A stretch of DNA of 50,374 bases. Origin: Candidatus Bathyarchaeota archaeon (lineage in GTDB: Archaea; Thermoproteota; Bathyarchaeia; Bathyarchaeales; SOJC01). Numbering within the stretch: position 1 is the stretch's first letter; each line of letters opens with the position of its first letter. The stretch is from contig SOJC01000077.1 in NCBI GenBank assembly GCA_004376645.1, positions 1 through 50,374 of the forward strand. Direction: 5' to 3'. Position numbers and translations under genes: made by a program. The notes under the pieces are model-generated. The model ran no database searches, was not told the DNA's origin, and saw nothing but the letters and a program-made list of their open reading frames with translations. Shown here piece after piece: positions 28,200 to 39,021 of this stretch.

Positions 28200-29234
28200 C
28201 TAAAAGAAAGTATCGAGAGTAGTTCTAGTCTTTTCCTCTCTCATTCCCCGTCTCATCCTTTCTAAGGCTCTTCTAACTCTGTTTTCTGAAAAGTCGCGCT
28301 CTCTACACAAAAAATCAACGACGCCTTCTGCATCGGGTTCCTGCCATTCCAAAACATAATTATCTCTTACATTTGGGTTTAGAAACAAATCTCGTATCTG
28401 CTGTAGATCGACTGGAAAAGAATTTTCTCCCAAAAAGCCTTCTGCAATCTTGTCAATGGTACCATACTCTTTGATGAGCCTGAGAGCTGTTTTTGGACCT
28501 ATACCTTTTACACCCTCAGGGTTGTAGTCTGTTCCAATAAGTATCCCTACATCCACCAGTTGCTCATAGGAAATGCCAAGCTCTCTTAAAATTGTGTCAA
28601 GTTTAACGACTTCAGGAACAACTTCTACATACACTGGTTTTCTAGGGAGTTTGCGTCTCCCACTTATGGTGACATTCCGAATAAGAGTTGGTGCACCAAA
28701 GAGTATGGAGTCATAGTCTTGACTCGCGCAGAAATCCGTGTCTCCCCTTTCTGTCATGTAAGCAGCTTGTGCTTCTCCTTCTCCAAGGGCTTGAACCCAT
28801 GGAATCCCCATAAGTGTCAATAGTCTCTTGCAGTCTTGCGCCATGTAATTCTTGAGTTGAGATGTAGCTTGGGCATACGTGCGGGCTTCCTCTGTTTTGC
28901 CTTCTGCTATGGCTTTTTCATATTTGACGACAGCGTCTTGCTTCGTCTTCATTCGTCTTTTAATCTCGATTTCCTTTAAGGCTGGTGGAGCGCCATCAAA
29001 TACGTAGGATACTCTGATGCCCATTTCAACAAGGTTCGAGGTTCGATACAGGACACCACTAAGGTGACTTGTGACTCGACCTTCACAATCCTTCAATGGA
29101 GTACCATTAGGTTGACGAATAATTGCCAGAAACTGGTAGAGAGCGTTGTATGCATCGACTGCTATTGATTTTCCAGCAAGATCTTGGAGGTTAACTTGGA
29201 TTTTCGGCACTAAATCCTTGAAGTTAATTCCCAA
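28200..29234 (-). CDS. fen: Flap endonuclease 1
   Basis: MGINFKDLV...IAVDAYNALYQFL, GEGEAQAAYM, SQDYDSILFGAP and GIGPKTALRLIKEYG (an H3TH motif). The start is TTG. Confidence 0.95.
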   Translation of the reverse strand: MGINFKDLVPKIQVNLQDLAGKSIAVDAYNALYQFLAIIRQPNGTPLKDCEGRVTSHLSGVLYRTSNLVEMGIRVSYVFDGAPPALKEIEIKRRMKTKQDAVVKYEKAIAEGKTEEARTYAQATSQLKNYMAQDCKRLLTLMGIPWVQALGEGEAQAAYMTERGDTDFCASQDYDSILFGAPTLIRNVTISGRRKLPRKPVYVEVVPEVVKLDTILRELGISYEQLVDVGILIGTDYNPEGVKGIGPKTALRLIKEYGTIDKIAEGFLGENSFPVDLQQIRDLFLNPNVRDNYVLEWQEPDAEGVVDFLCRERDFSENRVRRALERMRRGMREEKTRTTLDTFF

Positions 29235-29399
29235 GATCTACCCACCAGCTATATGAACGTCGTAGAAGCAAAATAAACGTTACCTTGCTCTTAGTCGCGC
29301 ATGAAGAACCCGTCACGTCGGGTTAAATCGGAGATATGATAACATACGAAAAGGTTTTTAGTCAAGCCCACTGTTTCTTGTCAAATATATGAGCAATGT

Positions 29400-30149
29400 T
29401 TGCATGAGGTGAAAATACGTTTGTCAATATTTGCGGCTCCAGGAGCTTACGATCGAGCTATAACCGTGTTCTCCCCAGATGGTCGCCTGTTTCAAGTAGA
29501 ATATGCTCTCGAAACAGTAAATCGAGGGGCAACAATAGTCGGAGTAGTCTGCCCTGAAGGTGTAGTTCTGGGGGCAGAGGAGAAGATCGAATCGAAATTA
29601 CAAGACTCAAGCTTTACATGGAAGATATTCGCAGTAGACACACACATTGGTGCGGCAGTCGTAGGTTTAGGTTCTGACGCACGTATTCTAATCGACCAAG
29701 CAAGAGTATACTGCCAAAGCAACAGACTAATGTATGATGAACCCATAGACATCGAAGCAATCTCCAAGCGAATAGGCGATATCAAACAACTCTACACACA
29801 ACATGCCGGTGTACGACCTTTCGGGGTTTCGGTTATATTTGGCGGTGTGGACAAAACAGGTAATCGGCTATTTTCCACAGATCCAAGCGGAACATACAGA
29901 GCATATAAAGCAATCGCCGTAGGCGTAGGAAGAGAGACAGTAGAGAGTATACTGAAGACTGAGTACCGCGAAGACCTGAGCCTACAGGAGGCCGTGAAGC
30001 TCGCCATCAAGAGCCTCAAGAAGACTCTTGAAGCTCGAGAAGAACAACTGCGAGTCAAAATTAGCACTGTACCTTCATCTACAAAAACTTATCAGATGAT
30101 GCAAAACGAAGAAGTAGAGAAGCACCTCAAGACCATAGAACAAGAGTGA
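29400..30149 (+). CDS. psmA: Proteasome alpha subunit
   Basis: YDRAITVFSPDGRLFQVEYA signature. The real start is probably the in-frame GTG at 29409 or the TTG at 29421, which follows GAGGTGA. Confidence 0.95.
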   Translation: MHEVKIRLSIFAAPGAYDRAITVFSPDGRLFQVEYALETVNRGATIVGVVCPEGVVLGAEEKIESKLQDSSFTWKIFAVDTHIGAAVVGLGSDARILIDQARVYCQSNRLMYDEPIDIEAISKRIGDIKQLYTQHAGVRPFGVSVIFGGVDKTGNRLFSTDPSGTYRAYKAIAVGVGRETVESILKTEYREDLSLQEAVKLAIKSLKKTLEAREEQLRVKISTVPSSTKTYQMMQNEEVEKHLKTIEQE

Positions 30150-30158
30150 CCACCAAAA

Positions 30159-30848
30159 ATGAGCGATCGATACACTGTTGCGCGTATAACCCGCAATGGT
30201 GAACACTTCGAAATTCTTGTAAAACCGCAACCTGCCCTGAGCTATACCATGGGGAAGGAAACGCTGATCTCCGAAATCTTGGTAACAGATACAATATTTA
30301 CAGACGCAAACAAAGGAACAAAAGCTGGAGAAGATAAGCTCAAAGCTGCCTTTGAAACAACAGACACCAGAAAGATCGCGGAAATTATACTGAAACGAGG
30401 AACATTGCAATTGACCACGAATCAAAGGCGACAGTTGACCGCTGAGAAGAGGAAACAGATCATAACCTTCATAGCCCGGCAAGCCGTTGATCCAAAGACG
30501 AACCTGCCACATCCACCCATCCGCATTGAGCAAGCGATGGGAGAAATCAGGTATTCCATAGACCCCTTCAAAGAAACTGAAGAGCAGGCAAAGGACATTA
30601 TCAAACTCTTGCGTCCCGCTCTTCCCCTCAAGGTGGAACAAATCCAAGTGGAAGTGCGAATACCTCCACAGTATGCAGCGAGAACTTATGGAACTGTGAA
30701 AAATTATGGAACAATCAAAAGGGAAGAATGGCATGCAGATGGCTCATGGTTCTCCGTAGTCGAGATGGCAGCAGGCTTATATGGACCTTTCTTGGATAAG
30801 CTCGGAGAACTGACAAAAGGAAATGCAGAAGCAAAGAAAAAGTTGTAA
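30159..30848 (+). CDS. sdo1: SBDS-family ribosome maturation protein (Sdo1)
   Basis: 229 aa with the N-terminus ARITRNGEHFEILVKP and IRIEQAM. It sits at the conserved position between psmA and rrp4. Confidence 0.9.
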   Translation: MSDRYTVARITRNGEHFEILVKPQPALSYTMGKETLISEILVTDTIFTDANKGTKAGEDKLKAAFETTDTRKIAEIILKRGTLQLTTNQRRQLTAEKRKQIITFIARQAVDPKTNLPHPPIRIEQAMGEIRYSIDPFKETEEQAKDIIKLLRPALPLKVEQIQVEVRIPPQYAARTYGTVKNYGTIKREEWHADGSWFSVVEMAAGLYGPFLDKLGELTKGNAEAKKKL

Positions 30849-30867
30849 AGAAATCAAAACATAAAAT

Positions 30868-31587
30868 TTGGTGATTCGGAAAATGCCAACGTTCTTTGAA
30901 AGAAAACAAATTGTGACTCCTGGTGACCTGATTGCCGAAGGAAACTATATTGCTGGGGAAAATACGTTCAAAAAAGACGGAAAACTGTACTCGACTCACA
31001 TCGGACTAGTTGAATACGAAGAACGCAAAGTAAGTGTCGTAGCTTTGAAAGGGTTCTACGTTCCAAGAGTTGGAGACACCATCATCGGGAAAGTAACAGA
31101 CATAACCATGGGAGGATGGATAATGGATATCAAAGCGCCATATGCAGCACTCCTCCGCGCATCAGATGTCGTTGAACGATCTTACAGACCGCAGAAAGAC
31201 GAACTATCATCAATCTTTGACATAGGAGACCTAGTTATAGCCAAAATTGTGTCCTATGATAGAACCCGTGACCCACTTCTCTCAATACGAGAGCCAGGAC
31301 TTGGAAAGATAACTCGTGGCCAAATCATCGAGATTACTCCAACGAAAATCCCGCGCGTCATAGGCAGAAAGGGCTCGATGATATCTATGATAAAACGTGA
31401 AACTGGATGTCATATTCTTCTGGGTCAGAATGGATTAGTACTCATCAGCGGAAAAAACCCAGAATATAACAGGTTAGCGATCATAGCCATCCGCAAGATA
31501 GAGAAGGAGTCACACACAAGCGGCTTAACAGACCGAGTGACAGAAATGTTGAAGAAAGAGAAGGAAAGTGAGATTAAGAATGACTAA
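30868..31587 (+). CDS. rrp4: Exosome complex RNA-binding protein Rrp4
   Basis: S1 domain ([20 protein letters not shown]) plus KH domain ([13 protein letters not shown]). An alternative start is the ATG at 30883. Confidence 0.9.
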   Translation: MVIRKMPTFFERKQIVTPGDLIAEGNYIAGENTFKKDGKLYSTHIGLVEYEERKVSVVALKGFYVPRVGDTIIGKVTDITMGGWIMDIKAPYAALLRASDVVERSYRPQKDELSSIFDIGDLVIAKIVSYDRTRDPLLSIREPGLGKITRGQIIEITPTKIPRVIGRKGSMISMIKRETGCHILLGQNGLVLISGKNPEYNRLAIIAIRKIEKESHTSGLTDRVTEMLKKEKESEIKND

Positions 31588-32314
31588 ATCAGATGAAAAG
31601 TTAATTGACAAAAATGGTCTTAGAATAGATGGAAGAAAACCAGACGAGTTAAGATCCATAAAAATTAAAGTAGGCGTCCTTAGCAATGCAGATGGTTCAG
31701 CCTATATAGAACAAGGGAAAAACAAGATATTAGCAGCCATTTATGGACCGCATGAAACACATCCTAAACATCTTGCGTTACCTGATCGGTCTCGGCTAAA
31801 ATGTAGATACCACATGGCGCCTTTCTCGGTTGATGAAAGAAAGTCGCCTGCTCCCTCTAGGAGGGAAATAGAGATCTCAAAAGTAATACGACATGCCCTG
31901 GAACCATCTATCTTTCTGGAGTACTACCCAAGAACGTCAATCGACCTTTACATAGAGGTACTCCAAGCTCATGGTGGCACGAGATGCGCAAGCATAACTG
32001 TTGCTTCATTGGCTCTCGCAGACGGAGGAATCCCAATGAGAGACCTAACCGTAGCTTGCGCCGCCGGAAAAGTGGATGGTCACATTGTGCTTGACCTAAC
32101 TGACAATGAAGACAAAAAAGGCCAAGCAGACGTACCTCTCGCTATCATGCCGAATCTCAACGCCATAACGCTCCTCCAAATGGATGGCCAATTGACAATC
32201 TCAGAATTTGAAGAGACCGTCGAATTTGCCCTCAAAGGCTGCAAACAGCTCTACGAGAAGCAAAGAGAAGCTTTAAAGGCAAAATACGTGACCGTGGAGG
32301 GAGAGGAAGAGTAG
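31568..32314 (+). CDS. rrp41: Exosome complex exonuclease Rrp41 (RNase PH-like)
   Basis: [13 protein letters not shown]...[21 protein letters not shown], the RNase PH fold. The likely start is the ATG at 31580. Confidence 0.9.
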   Translation: MRLRMTKSDEKLIDKNGLRIDGRKPDELRSIKIKVGVLSNADGSAYIEQGKNKILAAIYGPHETHPKHLALPDRSRLKCRYHMAPFSVDERKSPAPSRREIEISKVIRHALEPSIFLEYYPRTSIDLYIEVLQAHGGTRCASITVASLALADGGIPMRDLTVACAAGKVDGHIVLDLTDNEDKKGQADVPLAIMPNLNAITLLQMDGQLTISEFEETVEFALKGCKQLYEKQREALKAKYVTVEGEEE

Positions 32315-33105
32315 TGTCAATGGTTACCCGGATAAAGCAGAAACAGATAGCTCAACTAATTAACGACGGGAAAAGATTGGATGGAAGAGAATTTGACAAG
32401 CATCGTGAGATCAAACTAGAAATAGGCGTCATCGAAAAAGCTGAAGGATCAGCACGCGTCTTTTTAGGTGACACTGAAGTCTTGGTTGGGGTAAAAGTTG
32501 GAATTGGTAAACCTTTCCCCGATACTCCTAGCGAAGGAGTTCTAACAGTGAATGTTGAACTTGTTCCTCTGGCATCTCCAATGTTTGAACCAGGTCCACC
32601 AAATGAAGACGCCATCGAAATTGCAAGAGTCACAGATAGAGGCATTCGAGAAGCAAAGACTATAGATCTTGAGAAATTATGCCTTCAGCCAGGAAAGACC
32701 GTTCTTGTAGTTTTCATCGATGTGTATGTACTCAACCATAACGGCAACTTGATAGATGCCTCTGCCATTGCAGCTTTAGCAGCCCTTCTAAACACTAAAA
32801 CGTCGAAGTACGAAATTGAAGAAGGAGAAGTTAAGGTGAAACCCGGTTACAACCAATTGCCAATTCGAAACCATCCAATAGCAGTAACATTCGCAAAAAT
32901 AAATGATAAACTCATTGTCGATCCCTCGCTTGAGGAAGAAGAAGTCATGGACGCTAGATTGACAATTACGATTGAAAAAGAAGGAAAGATTTGTGCAATC
33001 CAGAAAGGAGGCACAGGCCAAATCACAAAAGAGCAGATTATGGAAGCAGTAAAGACCGCTGAAACAAAAAGCTCTGAGATTCGCAAGATGGTTGTGAAAG
33101 ACTAA
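32314..33105 (+). CDS. rrp42: Exosome complex subunit Rrp42
   Basis: RLDGREFDKHREI..E.GVIEKAEGSARV.LGDTEVLVGVK, an RNase PH-like non-catalytic subunit. It follows rrp41 directly. Confidence 0.9.
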   Translation: MSMVTRIKQKQIAQLINDGKRLDGREFDKHREIKLEIGVIEKAEGSARVFLGDTEVLVGVKVGIGKPFPDTPSEGVLTVNVELVPLASPMFEPGPPNEDAIEIARVTDRGIREAKTIDLEKLCLQPGKTVLVVFIDVYVLNHNGNLIDASAIAALAALLNTKTSKYEIEEGEVKVKPGYNQLPIRNHPIAVTFAKINDKLIVDPSLEEEEVMDARLTITIEKEGKICAIQKGGTGQITKEQIMEAVKTAETKSSEIRKMVVKD

Positions 33106-33371
33106 TGGGAAGAACTAAGAAAATCGGACTAGCTGGGGGCTTTAAGGCACGATATGGAGCAACTGTTAGAAAAAGATTTGTAGAAGTCACAACAGAATCT
33201 AGAAGAAAGCACAGATGCCCCCAATGTAACCGACTCAGTATCAAACGCCAAAGCGTTGGAATCTGGAGCTGCAAGAAATGTGGCTTCACCTTCACTGGTG
33301 GAGCTTACAGCCCTTCAACCAAACTTGGGGTCACAGCAAAGCGAGCCGCAAAAAGATTGTCTGAAGAATAA
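33105..33371 (+). CDS. rpl37ae: Ribosomal protein L37Ae (eL43)
   Basis: MGRTKKIGLAGGFKARYGATVRKR plus the zinc ribbon CPQC...CKKCG. Length is 88 aa. Confidence 0.95.
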   Translation: MGRTKKIGLAGGFKARYGATVRKRFVEVTTESRRKHRCPQCNRLSIKRQSVGIWSCKKCGFTFTGGAYSPSTKLGVTAKRAAKRLSEE

Positions 33372-33410
33372 TTTAGGGCACTTACAGAAAGGATGAGCAA
33401 CGATCGTTGC

Positions 33411-33656
33411 TCATTTGGTTCTTCTCTTCCTCTTAAGCAATTCCACACGTCGTTTACCCCTCGCCAGAGCAGAAACATTAATTATGCCCTCTATTTCCAG
33501 ACGCATTAGTTCTTTGTTCAAAACATTAAACCCTAGATCACTGTGGATTTCTTTAGCCATATTATACAACTCAGTGTCAGTGGTAGCTCCTTTGCGCTGC
33601 AATAATTCCACGACAACAGTTCGTAGAGGATAAGGCTTCCAAGTTTTACTGGTCAT
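33411..33656 (-). CDS. Small basic winged-helix-like protein
   Basis: 81 aa. VVVELLQRKGATTDTELYNMAKE...LNKELMRLEIEGIINV...RGKRRVELL looks like a wHTH, with a basic KRKRRTK tail. Its start codon lies 12 nt downstream of the cdc48 stop, on the same strand. Confidence 0.45.
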   Translation of the reverse strand: MTSKTWKPYPLRTVVVELLQRKGATTDTELYNMAKEIHSDLGFNVLNKELMRLEIEGIINVSALARGKRRVELLKRKRRTK

Positions 33657-33668
33657 GTCAGCGCCCCT

Positions 33669-35855
33669 TTATGCTACGGGCGTGGTAGGCTTTTTCAACT
33701 GTCTCATAACTTTGACAAACCCTTTGTACCATGTTTCCATATCAGGCGAGATTGTTGGACCGATCATATTCGTTGCTTCTTTAAAGTCCACGAAGGATAC
33801 AATCTTGGAAGCTATGCTTTTTCTAAGCGCGTTCAAAGCAGCCTCACGGCATAATGCTTGAATGTCAGCGCCGCTGTAACCTTTTGTCATCTTTGTAAGG
33901 ACATCCAGACTAACATCGGTCTCAAGGGGCATATCTTTTGTGTAGAGTTTAAAGATTTCAAGCCTGGCTTTTTCGTCAGGTTCAGGCACATAAATTAACC
34001 TGTCGAAACGTCCAGGTCGCAGTACAGCTGGGTCAATAATGTCAGGTCTGTTTGTAGCCGCAATGATAACTACATCTTCCAAAGTCAATATCCCGTCCAT
34101 CTCTGTTAGCAACTGACTGATTACACGCTCAGTTACACCACTATCCCCAAGTCCCATTCCCCTCCTACGCACAAGAGCATCAAACTCGTCGAAGAAAACT
34201 ACAGAGGGAGAGGCCGTTCTCGCCTTCCGGAACACTTCTCTTATTGCTTTCTCTGATTCTCCAACCCACTTGCTGAAAACCTCAGGTCCCTTTATAGTGA
34301 TGAAGTTCGCTTCACTTTCCGTGGCCACCGCTCTGGCCAACAGTGTTTTCCCGCATCCAGGTGGACCATACAACAAGATTCCCTTAGGGGGCTTAATGCC
34401 TAGCCGACTGAAAACCTCAGGGTTCTTCAAGGGCCATTCAACAGCTTCAATTAACTCCTGTTTAACCTCTTCCAATCCGCCTATTTCATCCCACTTAACA
34501 GATGGAGTTTCTATGTAAACTTCGCGCATTGCGGTAGGTGTAACCTCCTTGTAGCCATTAAGGAAGTCTTCCATGCGCACATCCATCTTCTCTAAGACTG
34601 CTGGAGGGATGTTTTCCTCTTCCAGATTAATCTCTGGCAAGTATCGTCTCAACGACTTCATCGCCGTTTCTCTGGCTAGAGCTGCAAGATCAGCACCAGT
34701 GTAACCATGAGTTATAGCCGTTAATTTCTTTAGATCAACATCTTCTGCCAGAGGCATACCACGAGTGTGAATTTGTAGGATTTCGTACCTTGCTTGCTTG
34801 TCGGGAACACCTATCTCGATCTCTCTGTCAAAACGTCCCGGTCTTCTAATTGCAGGATCAAGGGCTCCAGGGCGGTTTGTCGCCCCTATGACAATTACAT
34901 TTCCTCTACCACTCAAGCCATCCATTAAGGCTAGGAGCTGGGCTACAACCCGTCTTTCCACTTCGCCAGTAACTTCTTCCCTTTTCGGAGCAATCGCGTC
35001 CAACTCGTCGATGAATATGATACTTGGAGAGTTTTGCTGTGCTTGCTGGAAGATTTCTCGCAATCTCGCTTCTGACTCACCATAAAACTTGCTCATTATT
35101 TCTGGACCATTGATTGAGAAGAAATTCGCTTCAGATTCATTGGCAACTGCTCTTGCAAGCAACGTCTTCCCACAACCTGGTGGGCCATGAAGAAAAACAC
35201 CTTTGGGTGGCTCAATCCCTAGACGTTGGAAAATTTCTGGATGTCTGAGGGGAAGCTCCACCATCTCTCTCACTCTTTGGATCTCCTCATGAAGACCACC
35301 TATGTCTTCGTAAGTGGTACGTGGAAGACCTTTCACTTCAGGAGCAGGTTCGTTGAGGATCTGAAATTGTGTATCTTTGGTGATGCGAACAATTCCGTGG
35401 GGACGACTCTTTGTGACGCTAAAAGGTATAGCATGACCAAGCATCATGACTAGCGTTGTGTCCCCCTCAACAAAGGTCCGCTCCACCAACCGATTCTTCA
35501 CAAAATTCGTGAAGTCCTCATCTACATTTAGATGCATATCAACAGGCGCCAAGACAACGTTTGTAGCGTTTTTCACAGTAGCAGATTTAACTACTATATA
35601 CTCATTTATGGCAACGCTTGCATTTTTACGAGTGAACCCATCTATACGTATTATGCTCTGATTTTGGTCTTCACTATACGCTGGCCATGTAATGGCACTC
35701 GTTGCCCGTTTACCAGTGATCTCTATAACATCACCGGCGCTTATGCCAAGTTTTCGCATCGCATTCTGATCCAACCGTGCTATACCTCGCCCTACATCCC
35801 TTTGTTTTGCATCACCAACACGAAGCTGAATCTCACTCACCTTTAATCCTTCCAT
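33669..35855 (-). CDS. cdc48: CDC48/VCP-type AAA+ ATPase
   Basis: N-terminal double-psi barrel region ([19 protein letters not shown]) and two AAA modules. Walker A motifs are GPPGCGKT (twice), Walker B motifs are IIFIDELD and VVFFDEFD. Length is 728 aa. Confidence 0.95.
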   Translation of the reverse strand: MEGLKVSEIQLRVGDAKQRDVGRGIARLDQNAMRKLGISAGDVIEITGKRATSAITWPAYSEDQNQSIIRIDGFTRKNASVAINEYIVVKSATVKNATNVVLAPVDMHLNVDEDFTNFVKNRLVERTFVEGDTTLVMMLGHAIPFSVTKSRPHGIVRITKDTQFQILNEPAPEVKGLPRTTYEDIGGLHEEIQRVREMVELPLRHPEIFQRLGIEPPKGVFLHGPPGCGKTLLARAVANESEANFFSINGPEIMSKFYGESEARLREIFQQAQQNSPSIIFIDELDAIAPKREEVTGEVERRVVAQLLALMDGLSGRGNVIVIGATNRPGALDPAIRRPGRFDREIEIGVPDKQARYEILQIHTRGMPLAEDVDLKKLTAITHGYTGADLAALARETAMKSLRRYLPEINLEEENIPPAVLEKMDVRMEDFLNGYKEVTPTAMREVYIETPSVKWDEIGGLEEVKQELIEAVEWPLKNPEVFSRLGIKPPKGILLYGPPGCGKTLLARAVATESEANFITIKGPEVFSKWVGESEKAIREVFRKARTASPSVVFFDEFDALVRRRGMGLGDSGVTERVISQLLTEMDGILTLEDVVIIAATNRPDIIDPAVLRPGRFDRLIYVPEPDEKARLEIFKLYTKDMPLETDVSLDVLTKMTKGYSGADIQALCREAALNALRKSIASKIVSFVDFKEATNMIGPTISPDMETWYKGFVKVMRQLKKPTTPVA

Positions 35856-35925
35856 TTTAGAACAGCTAACGTTGCATGCAGTCGAATTGAGATGAGTGAC
35901 TTATAAATCTTACAAACTGATAGTG

Positions 35926-36201
35926 CTACCGGGTTCTCCTAACCATTAATGTTTGGATCCTACTAACTTCTGGGATATTCTCAATATTTTGCTCTACACC
36001 ATCTAAGATACCTGTTTCGTCTTCTGGAATTTGAATATGGGCGATGAGCACATTTAAGCCAAAGGCGATGGGTTCAGTCTGAAAGTTTGCGTATATCTTA
36101 GCCTTTGACGGAAGGACTTCCTCAACTTGCTTTTGAAGCTCGTCAAAGTTCACTTCTATGCCTATCGGAAAGATCTTCAGGCTCAATATAACGTTCGCCA
36201 T
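35926..36201 (-). CDS. ef1b: Elongation factor 1-beta (aEF-1beta)
   Basis: 91 aa with the typical pattern ILSLKIFP......D.L...V......K......EPIAFGL..L......PED..G. It follows the small zinc-ribbon gene, as in many archaea. Confidence 0.85.
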   Translation of the reverse strand: MANVILSLKIFPIGIEVNFDELQKQVEEVLPSKAKIYANFQTEPIAFGLNVLIAHIQIPEDETGILDGVEQNIENIPEVSRIQTLMVRRTR

Positions 36202-36204
36202 TTT

Positions 36205-36399
36205 TCAAGGCCCCATGAACCCGCATTTTGGGCATCTGTATTGACGACCAAATTGGCGGCATTTTTGACATCTCCAGATGGTTATCTCACCACAACTAGG
36301 GCAGTTAAATTTTGTAGCTTCTGTGCCCTGAGGTATTGTTCTATTGCAGCTTGAACAAATTGGTGTGTGTATCATGGTTACAGTGTTAGTTGTTTTCAT
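36205..36399 (-). CDS. Zinc-finger protein (double zinc ribbon, COG2888-like)
   Basis: 64 aa with CSSC...CPSCG...CQKC...CPKCG. It lies immediately upstream of ef1b. Confidence 0.7.
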   Translation of the reverse strand: MKTTNTVTMIHTPICSSCNRTIPQGTEATKFNCPSCGEITIWRCQKCRQFGRQYRCPKCGFMGP

Positions 36400-36583
36400 T
36401 TGACCTTTTTCCGTTCCTAACGCGAAGCTGTATATTGAAAGGTTGCTTATATTTGCTCTGTTAGACCTTGTTAGACCTTGTTGTTGGCTCTTCGCAAAAC
36501 TGCAATTGAGTACTCATTGTGTCCAGTTGACAACACTGGTGTCAAGAAAAATGCTCAAAGAAGGCATATCCAATAACGCAACA

Positions 36584-37339
36584 CTACCAGCGTCCTAAAA
36601 CTGACCTCAGAATTTTACGAGGAGAGAAACACACTAAGGTTGAGTAACGTAGGCGTCTTCCGAGCAGGCGGATTAGACCTGCAGCATCAGTTCCTAGTTT
36701 GCAGACAAGCAACTGTTCCAACATGCCTAATGAGGAAACTGCAGCTACATCACTCACAAATCTTGCCTTTCTTATTGCTTCAACAACTTCTTCATGCATA
36801 CTTCCTAGAACAATTAAACGATCAAGGCGGGAATCAATCCAATGGTGGTACAGTTTCATTTGCTCCTGTGTCAACTCTGCCTCAAACTCTGTGGCTTTAG
36901 CTGTGACTACTCGGATTTCTAGAGGGATACCATCAACTAGTCCGTACAACTCCATTATCTCATCTAAATCACACTCTTTGCCATCGACTAGTTGGCGTTG
37001 AAGGCGATTTATGGGGACACTTGCGTAAATAGGGTTTGGCGAGAAAACTCCTATATCAACAGTCAACTTACCCTTTCTCGAAAAGACTATTCTCCCCCTC
37101 CAAACAGAAAAACGTGTGACATAGTTAGCGGAGACAGGGGCCAGTCCTATCTCTCTTGCTAGAAGATTTATTGCGGCCTTTTCGTCTTCACCAATGACTT
37201 TGACTTTGATCCATCCATTTGTCACGTTGTGGCAATCGGAAAACCTAACTCTAAGTCCTCCACACATTCTCCCCAAAGCTTCTCTAAACCCTTCTAATGA
37301 ATTTCGGGAAACTTTCTGGAGTACTACAACCTCACTCAA
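36584..37339 (-). CDS. Conserved archaeal hypothetical protein (DUF2110-like)
   Basis: 251 aa with no catalytic motif. It lies downstream of tfe and the HD-domain gene, where I recall DUF2110 proteins being found. The assignment was not verified. Confidence 0.4.
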   Translation of the reverse strand: MSEVVVLQKVSRNSLEGFREALGRMCGGLRVRFSDCHNVTNGWIKVKVIGEDEKAAINLLAREIGLAPVSANYVTRFSVWRGRIVFSRKGKLTVDIGVFSPNPIYASVPINRLQRQLVDGKECDLDEIMELYGLVDGIPLEIRVVTAKATEFEAELTQEQMKLYHHWIDSRLDRLIVLGSMHEEVVEAIRKARFVSDVAAVSSLGMLEQLLVCKLGTDAAGLIRLLGRRLRYSTLVCFSPRKILRSVLGRW

Positions 37340-37354
37340 AAAAGTAACACCCTT

Positions 37355-37882
37355 CTACTCCAAGTAAGAATGGAACTCTTCATGCCACCTCATCAGACGT
37401 TCGATGGAAGCAGCTGGAATGTGACTGTCCCGAAGTAGGCGCTCGACTATTACCCTAATTGGTATAGTCGTTGAACCTACAACCATTTTATCTGCGTAGG
37501 CGACCAAGCGTTCTTCAATGGAGATGGGAATGTAGCTCTTCTTCGGAAATCCCAGCCGCTCAGCCTCTTCCTTCGAAATCCCACCACCAATGTGCCGTTC
37601 AATTATTGATAATACATGGAGAGGAAGACCATGTTCCTTAGCGATTCTGGCGCCCACGATGGCGTGATCAACATCATGGGTTCTTGCGCGTCCAATATCA
37701 TGTAAAAGTGCTCCAATCCGCACAAGATTGACATCGACTTCTAACCCCTTTCTTCTACAACCTTCAGCTATCTTTACTCCAAGGTGCGTAACAGTTTTGC
37801 AATGCTCAATCACACTCTTTGAACAGCCAACATCTTTTAGGAGCCGCAGTGCTGTCTCTTCAGACGGCAGGGATCTACTCAC
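37355..37882 (-). CDS. HD-domain metal-dependent phosphohydrolase (TIGR00295-like)
   Basis: H...HD motif (LLHDIGRARTH..DH). Length is 175 aa, and it overlaps the tfe 3' end by 8 nt. Confidence 0.75.
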   Translation of the reverse strand: MSRSLPSEETALRLLKDVGCSKSVIEHCKTVTHLGVKIAEGCRRKGLEVDVNLVRIGALLHDIGRARTHDVDHAIVGARIAKEHGLPLHVLSIIERHIGGGISKEEAERLGFPKKSYIPISIEERLVAYADKMVVGSTTIPIRVIVERLLRDSHIPAASIERLMRWHEEFHSYLE

Positions 37883-38384
37883 CCAACTCCTTCCCTAGCT
37901 GATCAACCTTACGAGAAAGGGCTTCTATCACTTTGCTATTTTCAAAATGCATCATAGGCTTGTTGCACATTGGACACCTAAAGATTAGCTCCACCGCTTC
38001 CTCAAAGGGAACCCGTCGACACCCAAGAGTACCACAGTGGTAGAAGTCATGGTTCTTCTCAAACCGAAGTCGTGTGTCCAATTTCTCTAAAACATGCTTT
38101 TTTTGATTGAGAATGTATCCTTCAAGTTGATCTGGCTGAAGTTTCCAATGAAATATGAACCAGCCTGTATTTTGATCTCTGGATCTCCTTAAAGAGACGA
38201 GCGAATGATCATAAAGCTTATAGAGAATCTTACGAACTGAATTCAACCTAATTCCAGTTTTGGACGCAATCTGATCATCTGTAGTCTCATCAGCATCTTT
38301 AAGTGTGTAGATTATCTCGATTGCTTCCTCTTTTCCCAACGCTTCAGCCACCTTGACCAAGGTGTCAGCGTCAATGAAAGTCAA
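37875..38384 (-). CDS. tfe: Transcription factor E (TFE alpha)
   Basis: N-terminal wHTH (IIYTLKDADETTDDQIASKTGIRLNSVRKILYKLYDHSLV...NTGWFIFHWKL) plus a zinc ribbon (YHCG..C......CPMC). Confidence 0.85.
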   Translation of the reverse strand: MTFIDADTLVKVAEALGKEEAIEIIYTLKDADETTDDQIASKTGIRLNSVRKILYKLYDHSLVSLRRSRDQNTGWFIFHWKLQPDQLEGYILNQKKHVLEKLDTRLRFEKNHDFYHCGTLGCRRVPFEEAVELIFRCPMCNKPMMHFENSKVIEALSRKVDQLGKELGE

Positions 38385-38472
38385 CGCAGAGAACCTCTAT
38401 CAACAATACATATACTTCTCATGTGAAGCACAAATCTCTTTATGGAGTCTATATTTAGCTTTTAAACTTTGC

Positions 38473-39021
38473 CTATGATAACAATCTCTTTCCACGTTTT
38501 TGCGGGACAATTCGCATTTTAGCATTTTCAAACCTCTTCACGAGTTCCCTGCCGCAGAAAAAACGATCGAGGAATACAGCAAGACTTGAACACTCGGAAT
38601 GAGGTTGATTTCCTACAGCCACATTGAAATCTGAGACTTTACTAGAGAAGAATTCACTTGGAACTTTCTGACTACCCACAATAACCATCACATCTTTGCC
38701 TGTTGCACGGATTCGTTGAAGGACTGTGCTTGTTTGCACATTCTCGCCGTAGGCAGTCAGATGCACAACAATACCATTCTTAGTCCTCCAGGTTCCTACG
38801 GCGGTTTTCCATGGAATACCCATTTGGAAGAAGAAGGGGCCACCCCAATTGGAAACAACTTCCGCTATCGTTTTCTTGATCTGTCTATCTTCGACATCTG
38901 CGAGGATCATCCCAGACGCATTGAAGGCTCTAGCTGTGAGGGCGACATGGGTTGTTAATCTCTCATCTCGGAGTCTATGACCCCATCTTAGCACTACTAT
39001 TTTTGGCAACCTTTGTCCCAC
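38473..39021 (-). CDS. trm56: tRNA (cytidine56-2'-O)-methyltransferase Trm56
   Basis: IVVLRWGHRLRDERLTTHVALTARAFNASGMILAD matches the aTrm56 SPOUT family N-terminus. It abuts the hflX stop with no gap. Confidence 0.85.
   Translation of the reverse strand: MGQRLPKIVVLRWGHRLRDERLTTHVALTARAFNASGMILADVEDRQIKKTIAEVVSNWGGPFFFQMGIPWKTAVGTWRTKNGIVVHLTAYGENVQTSTVLQRIRATGKDVMVIVGSQKVPSEFFSSKVSDFNVAVGNQPHSECSSLAVFLDRFFCGRELVKRFENAKMRIVPQKRGKRLLS

Noticed and set aside
30075-30734. 219-aa minus-strand ORF
   Set aside because: It is antisense to the psmA 3' end and the SBDS gene, both strongly supported by motifs. It has no motif of its own and is Cys/Phe/Leu-rich, as shadow frames usually are.
36461-36480. 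Perfect tandem duplication TTAGACCTTG x2 (plus a partial third copy)
   Set aside because: With only two 10-nt units, it is not a CRISPR array or a meaningful satellite. It is probably a slippage product in the promoter region of the zinc-ribbon/ef1b pair.
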